Part shown: positions 1 through 9,669 of the stretch, piece after piece
Layout of the letters: each line of letters starts with the position of its first letter
How positions within the stretch are numbered: the stretch's first letter is position 1
Origin: an archaeon
GTDB taxonomy: Archaea > Nanobdellota > Nanobdellia > Pacearchaeales > GW2011-AR1
Assembly: GCA_018657525.1 (NCBI GenBank)
Contig: JABHWZ010000004.1
Location: forward strand, 114,382-178,381
Reading direction: 5' to 3'
Length of the DNA stretch: 64,000 nucleotides
Notes under the pieces: generated by a model
Databases searched by the model: none
What the model was told of the DNA's origin: nothing
Seen by the model: only the letters and a program-made list of their open reading frames with translations
Position numbers and translations under genes: made by a program

Positions 1-161
1 TTCACATCAACTTCCAAACAACCCGCACGAGTTTCAACTCCTTCAGCTCCTTGTTGAACAATATCACTAATAACCGCCCAAACAATCCCAATCGCAATTA
101 AAGCTAAAGATACAAATATAACTGTTGTAATCACCGCAGACAAACCTTTTTTATTTTTCAT
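1..161 (-). CDS. Type IV pilin/archaellin-like protein, 5' part (runs off the window)
   Basis: Hand translation MKNKKGLSAVITTVIFVSLALIAIGIVWAVI...: class III signal peptide (KKG/LS plus hydrophobic helix). GGAGG SD lies just upstream. Not in the ORF track. Confidence 0.8.
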   Translation of the reverse strand, partial: MKNKKGLSAVITTVIFVSLALIAIGIVWAVISDIVQQGAEGVETRAGCLEVDV

Positions 162-227
162 AATAACCTCCTTTCACTACGATATATTATCGTAATAGAA
201 TCAACTAAAGATTATATTTAAATCTTT

Positions 228-1457
228 TTATTCTCGATTAAATCTATCAAGAACCTCAAAAAAATCTTCCTTATCCATTTTTTTATCTGTGGCGGATAAC
301 CCGACATGTTCTGCAAATTTCCAAAATGCTTCCGGTTTATAACCTTGTTTTTTCAAAGAGGCAACAGTGGGCAAAGCAGGATCATCCCATCCAGAATATT
401 TACCTTCTTCAATATCTGCTCTCATCTTCCTAGTTGAAAATTCAAAACCAGTAAAATTCAAAAATCCTAAAAAGAAAACCCACGGATATTTTTTACCAAA
501 AATTTCAAAAATCATTTCTTGTCTTTTTGCATTATCTCTATGATCTTTCCCTCGAATAATATGCGTCATCCCCAATTCAATATCATCCACTGTAACAGCT
601 AAGTTCATCAACGGCCAAACACGATATTTCTTTCCTTGTCGAGGGTGTTTGGTTTCATTTATTCTAGCTAATGAAAAATCCCTCATTGCAGGATTTGGAT
701 TTTTCATTCCTTCATATTTCTCTGGAGTTTTAAATCTTAAGACAACTTCTCCAGATTTATAATTTGTCTTAGAATCCTCTGACAACATTTTTCCCCAACG
801 CATTAAATTTTCCTTTTTATCATTATTCCGACATGGACAATTCTCTTTTAATTCTGCATACTTTGTTTTAAAATCTTCGGGAGCGCAAGAACAAATATAT
901 GCAGCATTTTTTTCAATGAGTTTTTTTGCATAATCATAATATAAATCAATCCGATCTGACTGCACCACAATTTCAATCTCGCTGTTTGTTAACCAATTCG
1001 CTTCAGATTCAATCATCTTATATGCCTTCGGATAAACTGTTTCAGGATTTGTATCCTCAATTCTAACATAAAGTTTTCCACCATACTCTTTCACAAAATC
1101 ATAATTCAAAGAAAGATTAATCGCGTGCGGAAGATGCAAAGGCCCACTTGGCGACGGCGCAATTCGCATAACAACTCCAGACTTTGGAACATCAGGCAAT
1201 TCAGGCAACCCCTCTCGAACTTCACGATGACTAATCTCCGTAGAATGCTCTGCTAAAAGTTCTTCCTGTTTATCCTCACTCATAGAATTAACCTCTTCGA
1301 GAACTTCATTAATCACTGGCATAACATTTTTAATTTCACTCTTTTCTAATCCTTCTGCAAAAAGCGAATTCAAAACCGCGCCAGCCACCGCACTCCCACC
1401 ATGTTCAACTGCATTTTTCAAAGCATAAATTTTCGCCTTATCTTTTAAATTTTCCAT
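228..1457 (-). CDS. gltX: Glutamyl-tRNA synthetase, archaeal type, C-terminally short
   Basis: RIAPSPSGPLHLPH (HIGH-like), RIEDTNP, VDDIELGMTHIIRGKDH, FSTRK (KMSKS-like), GWDDPALPT; archaeal N-terminal ALKNAVEHGG. Confidence 0.92.
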   Translation of the reverse strand: MENLKDKAKIYALKNAVEHGGSAVAGAVLNSLFAEGLEKSEIKNVMPVINEVLEEVNSMSEDKQEELLAEHSTEISHREVREGLPELPDVPKSGVVMRIAPSPSGPLHLPHAINLSLNYDFVKEYGGKLYVRIEDTNPETVYPKAYKMIESEANWLTNSEIEIVVQSDRIDLYYDYAKKLIEKNAAYICSCAPEDFKTKYAELKENCPCRNNDKKENLMRWGKMLSEDSKTNYKSGEVVLRFKTPEKYEGMKNPNPAMRDFSLARINETKHPRQGKKYRVWPLMNLAVTVDDIELGMTHIIRGKDHRDNAKRQEMIFEIFGKKYPWVFFLGFLNFTGFEFSTRKMRADIEEGKYSGWDDPALPTVASLKKQGYKPEAFWKFAEHVGLSATDKKMDKEDFFEVLDRFNRE

Positions 1458-1529
1458 AAATAGAAATAATAAATCATCTTTTTATAATTTGGGGTAAGAA
1501 TGAATTAATCTAAATACAAGCGGATAAAC

Positions 1530-1910
1530 TTACACTTTTCTTTCAAGAACTTCAACTCTCTGTTGTAATCTGTAAATCTGATTTGATAAATCTTCAATTC
1601 TATCTGTCAAATCTTTCAATCGCTTTGCTAATTTTCGCCTTCTCTCATCTGAAGTTAACTCTCGCCCACTTCCAGTTGTATTAAATGAATTTGAAGAACT
1701 CTCTGATGAATTCGTTGAACTTCCAGAATTTGTATCATTCCCTCCAAAAAAGAACGGCACAACTTCTCCAGAACCAGAATCTGAAGCACTTTCACCAGAA
1801 CTCATTCCAGAATCATTCCGCATCTCACTAGCTTTCTCCTCTTGTCGCCTAAATCGTTCTCCCAAATCAACAATATCTCCCTTTTTTTTAAACATATCAA
1901 AAATTCCCAT
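1530..1910 (-). CDS. Hypothetical protein with Ser-rich linker and C-terminal coiled coil
   Basis: ORF track; start moved to the ATG at 1910, about 21 nt below a TTTAAAAA box. Confidence 0.65.
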   Translation of the reverse strand: MGIFDMFKKKGDIVDLGERFRRQEEKASEMRNDSGMSSGESASDSGSGEVVPFFFGGNDTNSGSSTNSSESSSNSFNTTGSGRELTSDERRRKLAKRLKDLTDRIEDLSNQIYRLQQRVEVLERKV

Positions 1911-1960
1911 AACTCTAGATATTTCCAAGTTTTTTAAACTTAGTTGTTCTGAAAGAGTTA

Positions 1961-2006
1961 AAGGGAATCGTTTGTAAGGGAGATTATTTTTTTAAAAAAA
2001 GAACCC
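1961..2006. repeat. Dispersed intergenic element (short copy)
   Basis: Shares AAGGGAATCGTT and TTTTTTAAAAAAAGAACCC with 61577-61692. Confidence 0.5.
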
Positions 2007-2052
2007 TACACAAACAATTAAAAATACTTCAAACTTCAAATTATAAAGCAAG

Positions 2053-3576
2053 ATGGTCGCGACAATAGCTCAATTAATCGGAAAAGTAAACCCCAAACTC
2101 TATTCTACAAATGGAGAGGAACTTCTAAAAAAATACAAAACTTTAAATAAAATTCCAGCAGAAAAAATCAAGCCCAAGTCAGCAGCTTACTTGTATTCAT
2201 TTCCAGAAGGAGTTCAAAAATCTCCCACCGGAGACCCAAGCGCTGAATTCAAAATCGGCTACGATTCATCGTCGGAAACATTAGAACCACTTTATTTCTG
2301 GCTCTTGGATTTAATGAACAGTTTTGGACTTGCCCCTGAAAAATTAGTAGATAATTTTTCTTCTTCTCCTGGTTCAGGTCATTTTGGAGAAATGGGAATC
2401 AAATCATCACAAATGCAACAACAAGCCCAAAACATAATGGGACAAGTTAACACTGTCTTGCGAAGTGTAATAAATATAATTTACGATTTAAAAGAATTCA
2501 AAACAAGATTACAAAGTTATAAAGATTTAAAATCAAAAAACGCAGCAAAATCCGAAGCCGCCACACTTTCATTAAAACAGCTATGGCTAGACAAAGTTGA
2601 CATCCAAAAAGGCAACTCATCAGTAAAAGCAATGGCGCTCGGACAAGCCGGATTCCAAACACTTCTCGACGCTTTCTTAGTAGTTAAAGACGAAGAGTCT
2701 GTAGAAAAATTAGACTTAAACGAGAGAGTAAAAAGAATCGTAAAAATGCGAATCAACGAATTCTTAAGTTGGATTGGAAACTCAGAAGAAGAATTAAAAA
2801 AACGATACGAACTCGAAAGAACTTATTTGAAAAGTCAAGTAAATAGTTTAAAACTTTATTCACGCTGGGCAAAACCATATCTAAAAGCAGCAGCTGACTT
2901 AGAACAAAAAGAACAAGGACGAGCAGCTGACTTTGTAAAAACATTTAACACAATAATTTTAGAGTTAAGTCTTTTAGGGAAAGCTGAAATAAAACCAGCA
3001 GAACTGGCACAAGATTCAACCTTGCCATTACATTTCAAAAAATACAAAGGCAGAAAATATTATGCATGCGCATTATTAGATTTTAAATTCCGAGGGATAC
3101 CACAAAAAATACAATCAGGTCAATCAGGACACTATGTATTCGGAGGCAAGATAGAAATAAATTTCAAAGGATACGCCCTTAATCAAGACGAAATAGACAT
3201 GCTCTACCAAGAACTTGATAAATCAGACTTGGGAGATGTTCTAAAATTAATTGAAGGAACGACAACCGAAAGCTTAGAACAATTAGAAGGAGAAATAAAA
3301 GAATTCCTCGACGAAAAAACTCCTGAAGAAGAGGAAGAAGAAATTGAAAAACCTAAAGAAACAAATCCGTTTATGGCCCTACTTGGAAAAACTAGCAAGA
3401 AAAAAAAGAAAAAAGAAGATGAGGATGAGGAAGAAAAAAAGATAATTACTTCAATTAAAAAAGACAGTTATGATGAAAAAGTTTTAAGAGAAATTGCAGG
3501 CAAAAAAGCAACAGAAACTGTATTCACTTTATTTGACGTTTACAAAAAAGGTCACAGAATGCCAAGTTATGCTTAA
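2053..3576 (+). CDS. Hypothetical protein, helical, with an acidic/basic low-complexity C-terminal segment
   Basis: 507-aa ORF with an upstream TATA-like box; no recognisable catalytic motif. Confidence 0.8.
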   Translation: MVATIAQLIGKVNPKLYSTNGEELLKKYKTLNKIPAEKIKPKSAAYLYSFPEGVQKSPTGDPSAEFKIGYDSSSETLEPLYFWLLDLMNSFGLAPEKLVDNFSSSPGSGHFGEMGIKSSQMQQQAQNIMGQVNTVLRSVINIIYDLKEFKTRLQSYKDLKSKNAAKSEAATLSLKQLWLDKVDIQKGNSSVKAMALGQAGFQTLLDAFLVVKDEESVEKLDLNERVKRIVKMRINEFLSWIGNSEEELKKRYELERTYLKSQVNSLKLYSRWAKPYLKAAADLEQKEQGRAADFVKTFNTIILELSLLGKAEIKPAELAQDSTLPLHFKKYKGRKYYACALLDFKFRGIPQKIQSGQSGHYVFGGKIEINFKGYALNQDEIDMLYQELDKSDLGDVLKLIEGTTTESLEQLEGEIKEFLDEKTPEEEEEEIEKPKETNPFMALLGKTSKKKKKKEDEDEEEKKIITSIKKDSYDEKVLREIAGKKATETVFTLFDVYKKGHRMPSYA

Positions 3577-3614
3577 TTGGAAAGTTTTATAATCCAAGAT
3601 AAAATAATTTTTTT

Positions 3615-4103
3615 ATGAACCAACAAGAATTTTTATCGAGATCTAACACAGGAATTGTGGTGGTGGATATGCAATTAGAATGGGTAAGAAATTTAGATAA
3701 CAAAAAAGATTTGATTAACAATCAGATTAAAATAATTAAACAAAATCCCAGTTTGCCAGCAATACTTTTAGAAATGAATCCCCCAAAATATGGAAAAACA
3801 TTATATTTAATAAGGGAATCTGTAAGAGATAGATTAGAAGCAAGAATAGATAAAGATAACACCGACGGTTTTACTAATCCTAATTTAGAAGAAACATTAT
3901 ATCGTTTTGGAATAAAAAATATACTCTTCATGGGAACATATGCTTCCGCTTGCGTTTTTTCAACTTCAAGATCCGCAATAGATAAAGGATTTAAAATTGG
4001 AACCAACCAACGATTAATAGCAGATATGTCTTGTGATAGTCATACTACAATAAGTAAGGGAGCATTCAAATGGTATCAGCAAAACTGTGATTACTTTGAA
4101 TAA
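3615..4103 (+). CDS. Isochorismatase-like cysteine hydrolase
   Basis: VVVDMQ, K..TDGF, GTYASACV: D-K-C triad pattern. Confidence 0.8.
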   Translation: MNQQEFLSRSNTGIVVVDMQLEWVRNLDNKKDLINNQIKIIKQNPSLPAILLEMNPPKYGKTLYLIRESVRDRLEARIDKDNTDGFTNPNLEETLYRFGIKNILFMGTYASACVFSTSRSAIDKGFKIGTNQRLIADMSCDSHTTISKGAFKWYQQNCDYFE

Positions 4104-4286
4104 TTATTCCTTACCTGCCACCAAAAGTCCCAAACCTAAAACCACAAAAACTAATCCTAAAAAATTTGTATCAAAAGAAACATTTTCAGAAATCACCAAC
4201 CCGTGCATTCCACGATAAAAAACAAACAAAAAAACTCCGCCCTTTACTAAAGATAAAAGACCCAAGATTTTCAACCATTTTTTCAT
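4104..4286 (-). CDS. Small two-TM membrane protein
   Basis: Two hydrophobic helices; fills an intergenic gap. Confidence 0.5.
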   Translation of the reverse strand: MKKWLKILGLLSLVKGGVFLFVFYRGMHGLVISENVSFDTNFLGLVFVVLGLGLLVAGKE

Positions 4287-4356
4287 ACTTTATTAAGGGA
4301 TATGGACTTTTTAAATTTATAATTAAATTTTTATACTTCAAAATCCTAGATAAAAC

Positions 4357-4971
4357 ATGGCTAAGAAAAATAAATCTAAAGCTAAAAACAAAAAAGAGGA
4401 AAAAGCTAAAGAAAAAGATTCTGATTTGGAAAAAGCCATTACGCATAGGCATCGCGAAGCACTGAAAAAAGAACTTGAAGAATCTGAAGAAGATTTAACA
4501 AAAAAAAATTCTAAAAATAAAGCTCCTAAGAAAATTCCTCAAGAAAGAGAAGATGTTTCTATGCAACAAATTCAAGCAAATTCTTCAACATCCCCTTCAC
4601 TCGAAAGAATAAATAATTCTGGAGAAAATTTACCAATAAGATTAGAAAGACAAGCTGAAGAATTATCTGAACAAAAACCCAAAGCTCAAAGAGGAGTTTA
4701 TACTGCAAGAGCAAAATCAGATTATGAATCAGAAACTAATTCCGACGAAGAACATGAATACTCTGCTGAAACTCAATCTACTACAACACGAAATCTCTCA
4801 CAGTCAAATATGTCAACAAATGAAGTCCAATTTCAAAATCAAGAATTAGCTCAAGCAAGAGGGAACTCTTCAGCAAAACGAGAAGAAGATTATGCAGTAG
4901 AAACCAAAATTTTAGAAAGAGAAAAATCTAATCTCCCTTTTGAAAAGAAAAAAGACGATTATGTGATTTAA
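4357..4971 (+). CDS. Hypothetical low-complexity protein
   Basis: 204-aa charged ORF; contains one copy of a 31-bp dispersed repeat. Confidence 0.65.
   Translation: MAKKNKSKAKNKKEEKAKEKDSDLEKAITHRHREALKKELEESEEDLTKKNSKNKAPKKIPQEREDVSMQQIQANSSTSPSLERINNSGENLPIRLERQAEELSEQKPKAQRGVYTARAKSDYESETNSDEEHEYSAETQSTTTRNLSQSNMSTNEVQFQNQELAQARGNSSAKREEDYAVETKILEREKSNLPFEKKKDDYVI
4436..4466 (+). repeat. 31-bp dispersed repeat, copy 1 (inside CDS)
   Basis: CCATTACGCATAGGCATCGCGAAGCACTGAA, 29/31 identical to 6829-6859. Confidence 0.85.
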
Positions 4972-5018
4972 CATAACATTAATAAATAAACTTCAACTTT
5001 AATTATCGAGGTGACAAG

Positions 5019-6791
5019 ATTACAGACTATTCAATTTCAAACATTTACCAAGGTGCAGACTCTAGTCTCGATCCCAACAAGTCTTATGGGAGTATAATGG
5101 GCGGATACAGCGTCGACGCTAAAACAATTGGTATGGCAACTGACCCGCGAACAGCAAACGCAATTAAAGAAGTAAACAAACAAGTTTCTTCTGGTACAAC
5201 TGCGATTGAAGTGAGCACAGTAAGCCCAGAAATTTTCGATTCTATGCCTCAAGAACAATTAAAAGAAATCAAACGAATGTCTGACCTCACAGGAGTAGAC
5301 ATAACTTTCCATGCCCCATTAGTTGATGCGTCAGGATTAACAAAAGAAGGATTCACCGAAGCTGGAAGAGAGCAAGCAGAAAGACAAATGGTCGCAACAA
5401 TCGACAGAGCACAAGTGCTCAATAAAAATGGAAACATGCCCATCACTTTCCACTCTGCAGTACAACTCCCGGGAGCATTAGTTGAGCCCGGAAAAGAAGA
5501 AGAAGAAACATTAGTAATAAATTCTGAAACCGGTTCATTAAATAGAGTCCCGCTAAAAAAACGGCATTTCCCTGGAGAAAAAGAAGTCAGAGATCCTGAA
5601 ACAGAAATAAAACATATGAACAAAGATAGCTGGACAGAAAGATTGAGAAACTTATCTTATTATGCTCAGATGGGAAATGAATCTATCAATAGAAGTAAAT
5701 ACTCTGAATTAATGAGGCAACAAGCTCCCGAAGAATTTGAAAAAGATGAAAACTTAAAAGAAGCAAAAACAACATTCGAGAGAGGAATGACTTTTTTAGA
5801 TAGTTCTTATCGGGATGTGCAAAATATGTTTGACACCGCATATAGAAGTGTATTAGATAATAACAATGAAGACGAGAAAAAAATATTAGACCAATTAAAA
5901 AATGATATCCAAAAAAATGCAGAACAAATTGCTAAAGATCCTAACTCTCAGGAAAACTTAATGTTAAGGAAAAAAGTAATTGATGATAGTATAAACACTT
6001 TACAAAAAATAACCCCTGAAACTATTAAACCGCTTAGAGGGTACGCCCTCAATAAATCCACAGAAACTTTTTCAAATGTCGCTTTAGAAACTTGGAAAAA
6101 GTACAAAGACAAATCTCCAATCATCAGCATTGAAAATCCCCCTGCAGGAACTGCTGCATTTTCAACTGGAAAAGAATTAAAAGAATTAGTTACTCAATCA
6201 AAACAGGAATTTGTAGAAAAAGCTGTACAACAAAACTTAATGTCTGAATCAGATGCAAAAAAACAAGCAGACAAAATGTTGGGAGTAACTTTAGATGTTG
6301 GACATATGAATATGCTCCGAAAACACGGATATAGTGAGGCACAACTTTTAGAAGAAACTGAAGCAGTTGCCCCTTTAACAAAACACGTTCATCTTTCAGA
6401 TAATTTTGGTTTCGAACACACTGAATTGCCAATGGGAATGGGAAATGTTCCAATCAAAGAAATTTTACAAAAATTAGGAGAAAAAGGATACGAAGGGAAA
6501 AAAATCGTAGAGGCCGGAAACTGGTGGCAACATTTTTCAGATCAAGGAAAAGTTTCACCACTCCAACCAACTCTCGGTGCATTAGGAACCCCAATGTATA
6601 CTGGAGGCGGTGGACCATCTTGGGGAGATGCCTCAAATTTATATCAAGGATATTCATCTGGATTCGGTATGATGTTACCACAAATAAACTACAATACATT
6701 TGGTGCAGGATTTTCAAAACTCCCCGCAGAACTCGGAGGGCAAGTTCAGGGAGGACAAGGAAGCCGTTTAGGCGGAACTCCCATGGAATAA
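5019..6791 (+). CDS. Xylose isomerase/AP-endonuclease-2-like TIM-barrel protein with a large helical insertion; probable ATT start
   Basis: TFHAP, IEN, LDVGH, HVHLSDN metal-binding pattern. The frame is open upstream of ATG 5097 to ATT 5019, which follows a GAGGTGA SD. Confidence 0.8.
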   Translation: MTDYSISNIYQGADSSLDPNKSYGSIMGGYSVDAKTIGMATDPRTANAIKEVNKQVSSGTTAIEVSTVSPEIFDSMPQEQLKEIKRMSDLTGVDITFHAPLVDASGLTKEGFTEAGREQAERQMVATIDRAQVLNKNGNMPITFHSAVQLPGALVEPGKEEEETLVINSETGSLNRVPLKKRHFPGEKEVRDPETEIKHMNKDSWTERLRNLSYYAQMGNESINRSKYSELMRQQAPEEFEKDENLKEAKTTFERGMTFLDSSYRDVQNMFDTAYRSVLDNNNEDEKKILDQLKNDIQKNAEQIAKDPNSQENLMLRKKVIDDSINTLQKITPETIKPLRGYALNKSTETFSNVALETWKKYKDKSPIISIENPPAGTAAFSTGKELKELVTQSKQEFVEKAVQQNLMSESDAKKQADKMLGVTLDVGHMNMLRKHGYSEAQLLEETEAVAPLTKHVHLSDNFGFEHTELPMGMGNVPIKEILQKLGEKGYEGKKIVEAGNWWQHFSDQGKVSPLQPTLGALGTPMYTGGGGPSWGDASNLYQGYSSGFGMMLPQINYNTFGAGFSKLPAELGGQVQGGQGSRLGGTPME

Positions 6792-6828
6792 TTTAAATAC
6801 TCCAAAGTATATATTCAAGAATACAAAA

Positions 6829-6859
6829 CCATTACGCATAGGTATCGCGAAGCATTGAA
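6829..6859 (+). repeat. 31-bp dispersed repeat, copy 2 (5' leader)
   Basis: CCATTACGCATAGGTATCGCGAAGCATTGAA. Confidence 0.85.
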
Positions 6860-6860
6860 C

Positions 6861-7751
6861 ATGAAAAAAAAAGTGAAAAATAAAAAAGTTGTTAGAAAAA
6901 AAGATTTGGCAAAAGAAAAATCTATTGAAGAACTTAAAACTAAATCTAAAAAACTTTCAAAAGAAATAACAACTTTACAAATAATTAATGAATCTGACAT
7001 TGCAATGGATTTCGCAACAAAAGCCTATAAAAAATTTAACAAAACAATCAAATCGATTATTCTTTTCGGTTCAACAATGAAAGGCACACAAACAACTGAT
7101 TCAGATATTGACTTAATAATTATCATTGATGACGTTTCAATAAAATGGGATCAAGAAATAATCGCATGGTATCGAGAAGAACTCGACAAAATATTAAAAA
7201 ATAATCCCTACAAAAAAAGTCTGCATATTAACACAATAAAGTTAAGCACATGGTGGGAAGATTTAATGCGAGGCGATCCAGTTGTGATAAATGTTTTAAG
7301 ATATGGAGAAGCCATAATTGATTTAGCAGGTTTTTTTGAACCATTAAAATTCTTATTAATTCACGGAAAAATACGCTCAACCCCTGAAGCAGTTTACACT
7401 TCTTTGCAAAGAGCCCCACTACATTTAGCAAATAGTAAAGCCGCAGAACTAAACGCAATAGAAGGATTATATTGGGCAATGGTCGACTCTGCACATTCAG
7501 CTTTAATCGCTGCAAATGTCTTACCTCCATCTCCAGAACACATTCCTGCTGACTTAAACGAAAACTTTGTTAAAACCGGAAAACTCAATCAAAAGTATGT
7601 TGCTTGGTATCGGGACTTATTAATATTACATAAAAAAATATCTCATCGCAGAATAACCGAACTTAAAGGAGTTGAAATAGATGAATGGCAAGACAAAGCA
7701 GAAGAATTCGTCAAAGTAATGGCAGACTTAGTTAATGAAATAATTAAGTGA
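6861..7751 (+). CDS. Pol-beta-family nucleotidyltransferase fused to a HEPN-like helical domain
   Basis: LFGS...SDIDLIIIIDD motif; C-terminal LYWAMVDSAHSALI helical bundle. Confidence 0.8.
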   Translation: MKKKVKNKKVVRKKDLAKEKSIEELKTKSKKLSKEITTLQIINESDIAMDFATKAYKKFNKTIKSIILFGSTMKGTQTTDSDIDLIIIIDDVSIKWDQEIIAWYREELDKILKNNPYKKSLHINTIKLSTWWEDLMRGDPVVINVLRYGEAIIDLAGFFEPLKFLLIHGKIRSTPEAVYTSLQRAPLHLANSKAAELNAIEGLYWAMVDSAHSALIAANVLPPSPEHIPADLNENFVKTGKLNQKYVAWYRDLLILHKKISHRRITELKGVEIDEWQDKAEEFVKVMADLVNEIIK

Positions 7752-7755
7752 AATT

Positions 7756-8139
7756 TTATTTGTTTGATAAAACGCAAGAATCAGAATTTTCGCAATATCT
7801 TTCTAAATCATTTAATCCCCGCTCACAAGCATCTTTTTCAGAAAAACATGCATCAAAGTAATATGCTTGAAATAAATCATAAGCATGTTCAACAGATTCA
7901 ACAGGAATTTCAGGATTAATAAGAGGATTTGTTGGAGATACAGGTTTTGTTAAATCAATTATTGGCAAATTCTGTTTCCATGTTGCATTACCTTCCATAA
8001 AATTTAAAGAAGCATCTAAAAAAGGGTGCATTTCATTTACTCCCTTATCAAGCAATCTCTGAGTTTTAGAGACAAAACTAGGCTTGTAAGCTCGGTCTAT
8101 TTCATCAGACATTGTTTGTAACTTTTCTCCCATTGACAT
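7756..8139 (-). CDS. Hypothetical protein
   Basis: ORF track, non-overlapping. Confidence 0.55.
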   Translation of the reverse strand: MSMGEKLQTMSDEIDRAYKPSFVSKTQRLLDKGVNEMHPFLDASLNFMEGNATWKQNLPIIDLTKPVSPTNPLINPEIPVESVEHAYDLFQAYYFDACFSEKDACERGLNDLERYCENSDSCVLSNK

Positions 8140-8188
8140 TTTATTCTCATTAAATATTCTATTTTAATTATTATTTTTTAAAAAAATT

Positions 8189-8791
8189 CTAAGCAATCAC
8201 AGGAAGTTCTTTTTCTTCAGGTTTAGCTAACATTGCCACTCCCTCATCAGTAAGCTTTGTTTCAATTTTTTCTCTTAAAGGAGCATAACTTTCTTCATCA
8301 AATATCTGAATAAAATTAGCCACCGCTTTATATTCCTCGGCAGTAGATTCAGCAGCTTTAACTTCGCCCTCGCCATACAATTGTTTATTTTTCAAGACTA
8401 TTGCTGCCTTAGAATGTTTCTTTACAATAGATTCTAAGCTTTCTCCTCCAAACTTACCAAATTCTTGCCTGATTTGTTCGGCCTCCTTGTGTTTTGAAAT
8501 TTGAGGAGAATAAAATCCAATCAAATCAATAGCAGATAATTTATTTTTGCCTCCAACATAATGTTTTAAACCCTCTCCAAGTGTTCTTTGAATATCTCTA
8601 GGATCGTCTCCCTCATTAAAAGTTTCCAAAAGGTTTTTCCCATCCTCACCCAAAGACAACGCTTCCAAAAGTCCTCTTACAGCCATTTGAGCCGCAGGCA
8701 TATTTTCCTCTTTCAAATATCTAGCCCCGACAATAGCATACTGCCACTTTCTAATACTATCATAATCGGGTGTTTCAGTTTTTTCTGTCAT
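8189..8791 (-). CDS. Hypothetical protein
   Basis: 200-aa ORF with an upstream TTTATAAA box. Confidence 0.7.
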   Translation of the reverse strand: MTEKTETPDYDSIRKWQYAIVGARYLKEENMPAAQMAVRGLLEALSLGEDGKNLLETFNEGDDPRDIQRTLGEGLKHYVGGKNKLSAIDLIGFYSPQISKHKEAEQIRQEFGKFGGESLESIVKKHSKAAIVLKNKQLYGEGEVKAAESTAEEYKAVANFIQIFDEESYAPLREKIETKLTDEGVAMLAKPEEKELPVIA

Positions 8792-8856
8792 ATTAATTCT
8801 ACAACCTTATTCTTTATAAATCTTTCTATTTTGTTGTTATCTGTAAATAGTAACAA

Positions 8857-9396
8857 TTAATTTAATTTCTCGTAAACAATATTACTTTTACAAGGCAACT
8901 TAGAATTAACTTGCTTCAAAGTTTTTCTAGCCATTTGAATGGCTTTTTCATTAGGCAAATGAATCTCAAAAATTGGAGCTCCAACTTTCATTATTGCAGC
9001 TTTCCCCATTGATTTCCCAAAACTTAACTGCATCCCGGTCTGCATACGATCTGCCCCTGCACCAGTAATCATTTTATTTTCTCTCTGAATATGATGTGGA
9101 AACGGAACAACTTTGAAAGCATACATTCCTGAAAGATTTTTATCTAATTTTTTATTAATAAATTGACGGCAAGCCTCAAGAGCATTATGTCGAATCTGAC
9201 ATTTTTCAGTAGAAGCCATAATTAATTTATGCGGCAATTTTCCTTTTTCAATTAAGGCGAATTTTCCCATAACAAATTTAACAATTTTTTGAGGAGGAAT
9301 AACTTTAATATAAGCCCGATTTTTCCTCTTACTTGTCCGAGTAAACGGAGTCACTTTTCTTTTTGAATACGCGTTTGCTTTTCTTAATGACGCCAT
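8857..9396 (-). CDS. rpl10e: 50S ribosomal protein uL16 (L10e)
   Basis: QIRHNALEACR, PHHIQRENKMITGAGADRMQTGMQLSFGK. Confidence 0.97.
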   Translation of the reverse strand: MASLRKANAYSKRKVTPFTRTSKRKNRAYIKVIPPQKIVKFVMGKFALIEKGKLPHKLIMASTEKCQIRHNALEACRQFINKKLDKNLSGMYAFKVVPFPHHIQRENKMITGAGADRMQTGMQLSFGKSMGKAAIMKVGAPIFEIHLPNEKAIQMARKTLKQVNSKLPCKSNIVYEKLN

Positions 9397-9668
9397 TATT
9401 CAACTTTCGCCTCAACGACTTCTTTTAATTTAAATCCTACTTGATAACATCCATCTGAGCATCCAGTATTTCTAACTTCAACATAAACATCTGAATGATG
9501 GCTTCTAATTGAATCTGCTAAATCATAAGCATTATCTCCATCAAATACATTAACTGCTTCTCCAAATGATTTTCCAGAATCAACATCTCTGGGGGTTAAT
9601 TTTCCTCTTTCTGGAGCAAAACCATCAACTTTCCCAATTCTAAAATTATTCCAAAATTCATAAACCAT
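9396..9668 (-). CDS. Small hypothetical protein (paralog of 9670-9861)
   Basis: Starts MVYEF, contains DSGK, ends KLKEVVEAKVE. Confidence 0.6.
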   Translation of the reverse strand: MVYEFWNNFRIGKVDGFAPERGKLTPRDVDSGKSFGEAVNVFDGDNAYDLADSIRSHHSDVYVEVRNTGCSDGCYQVGFKLKEVVEAKVE

Positions 9669-9669
9669 T

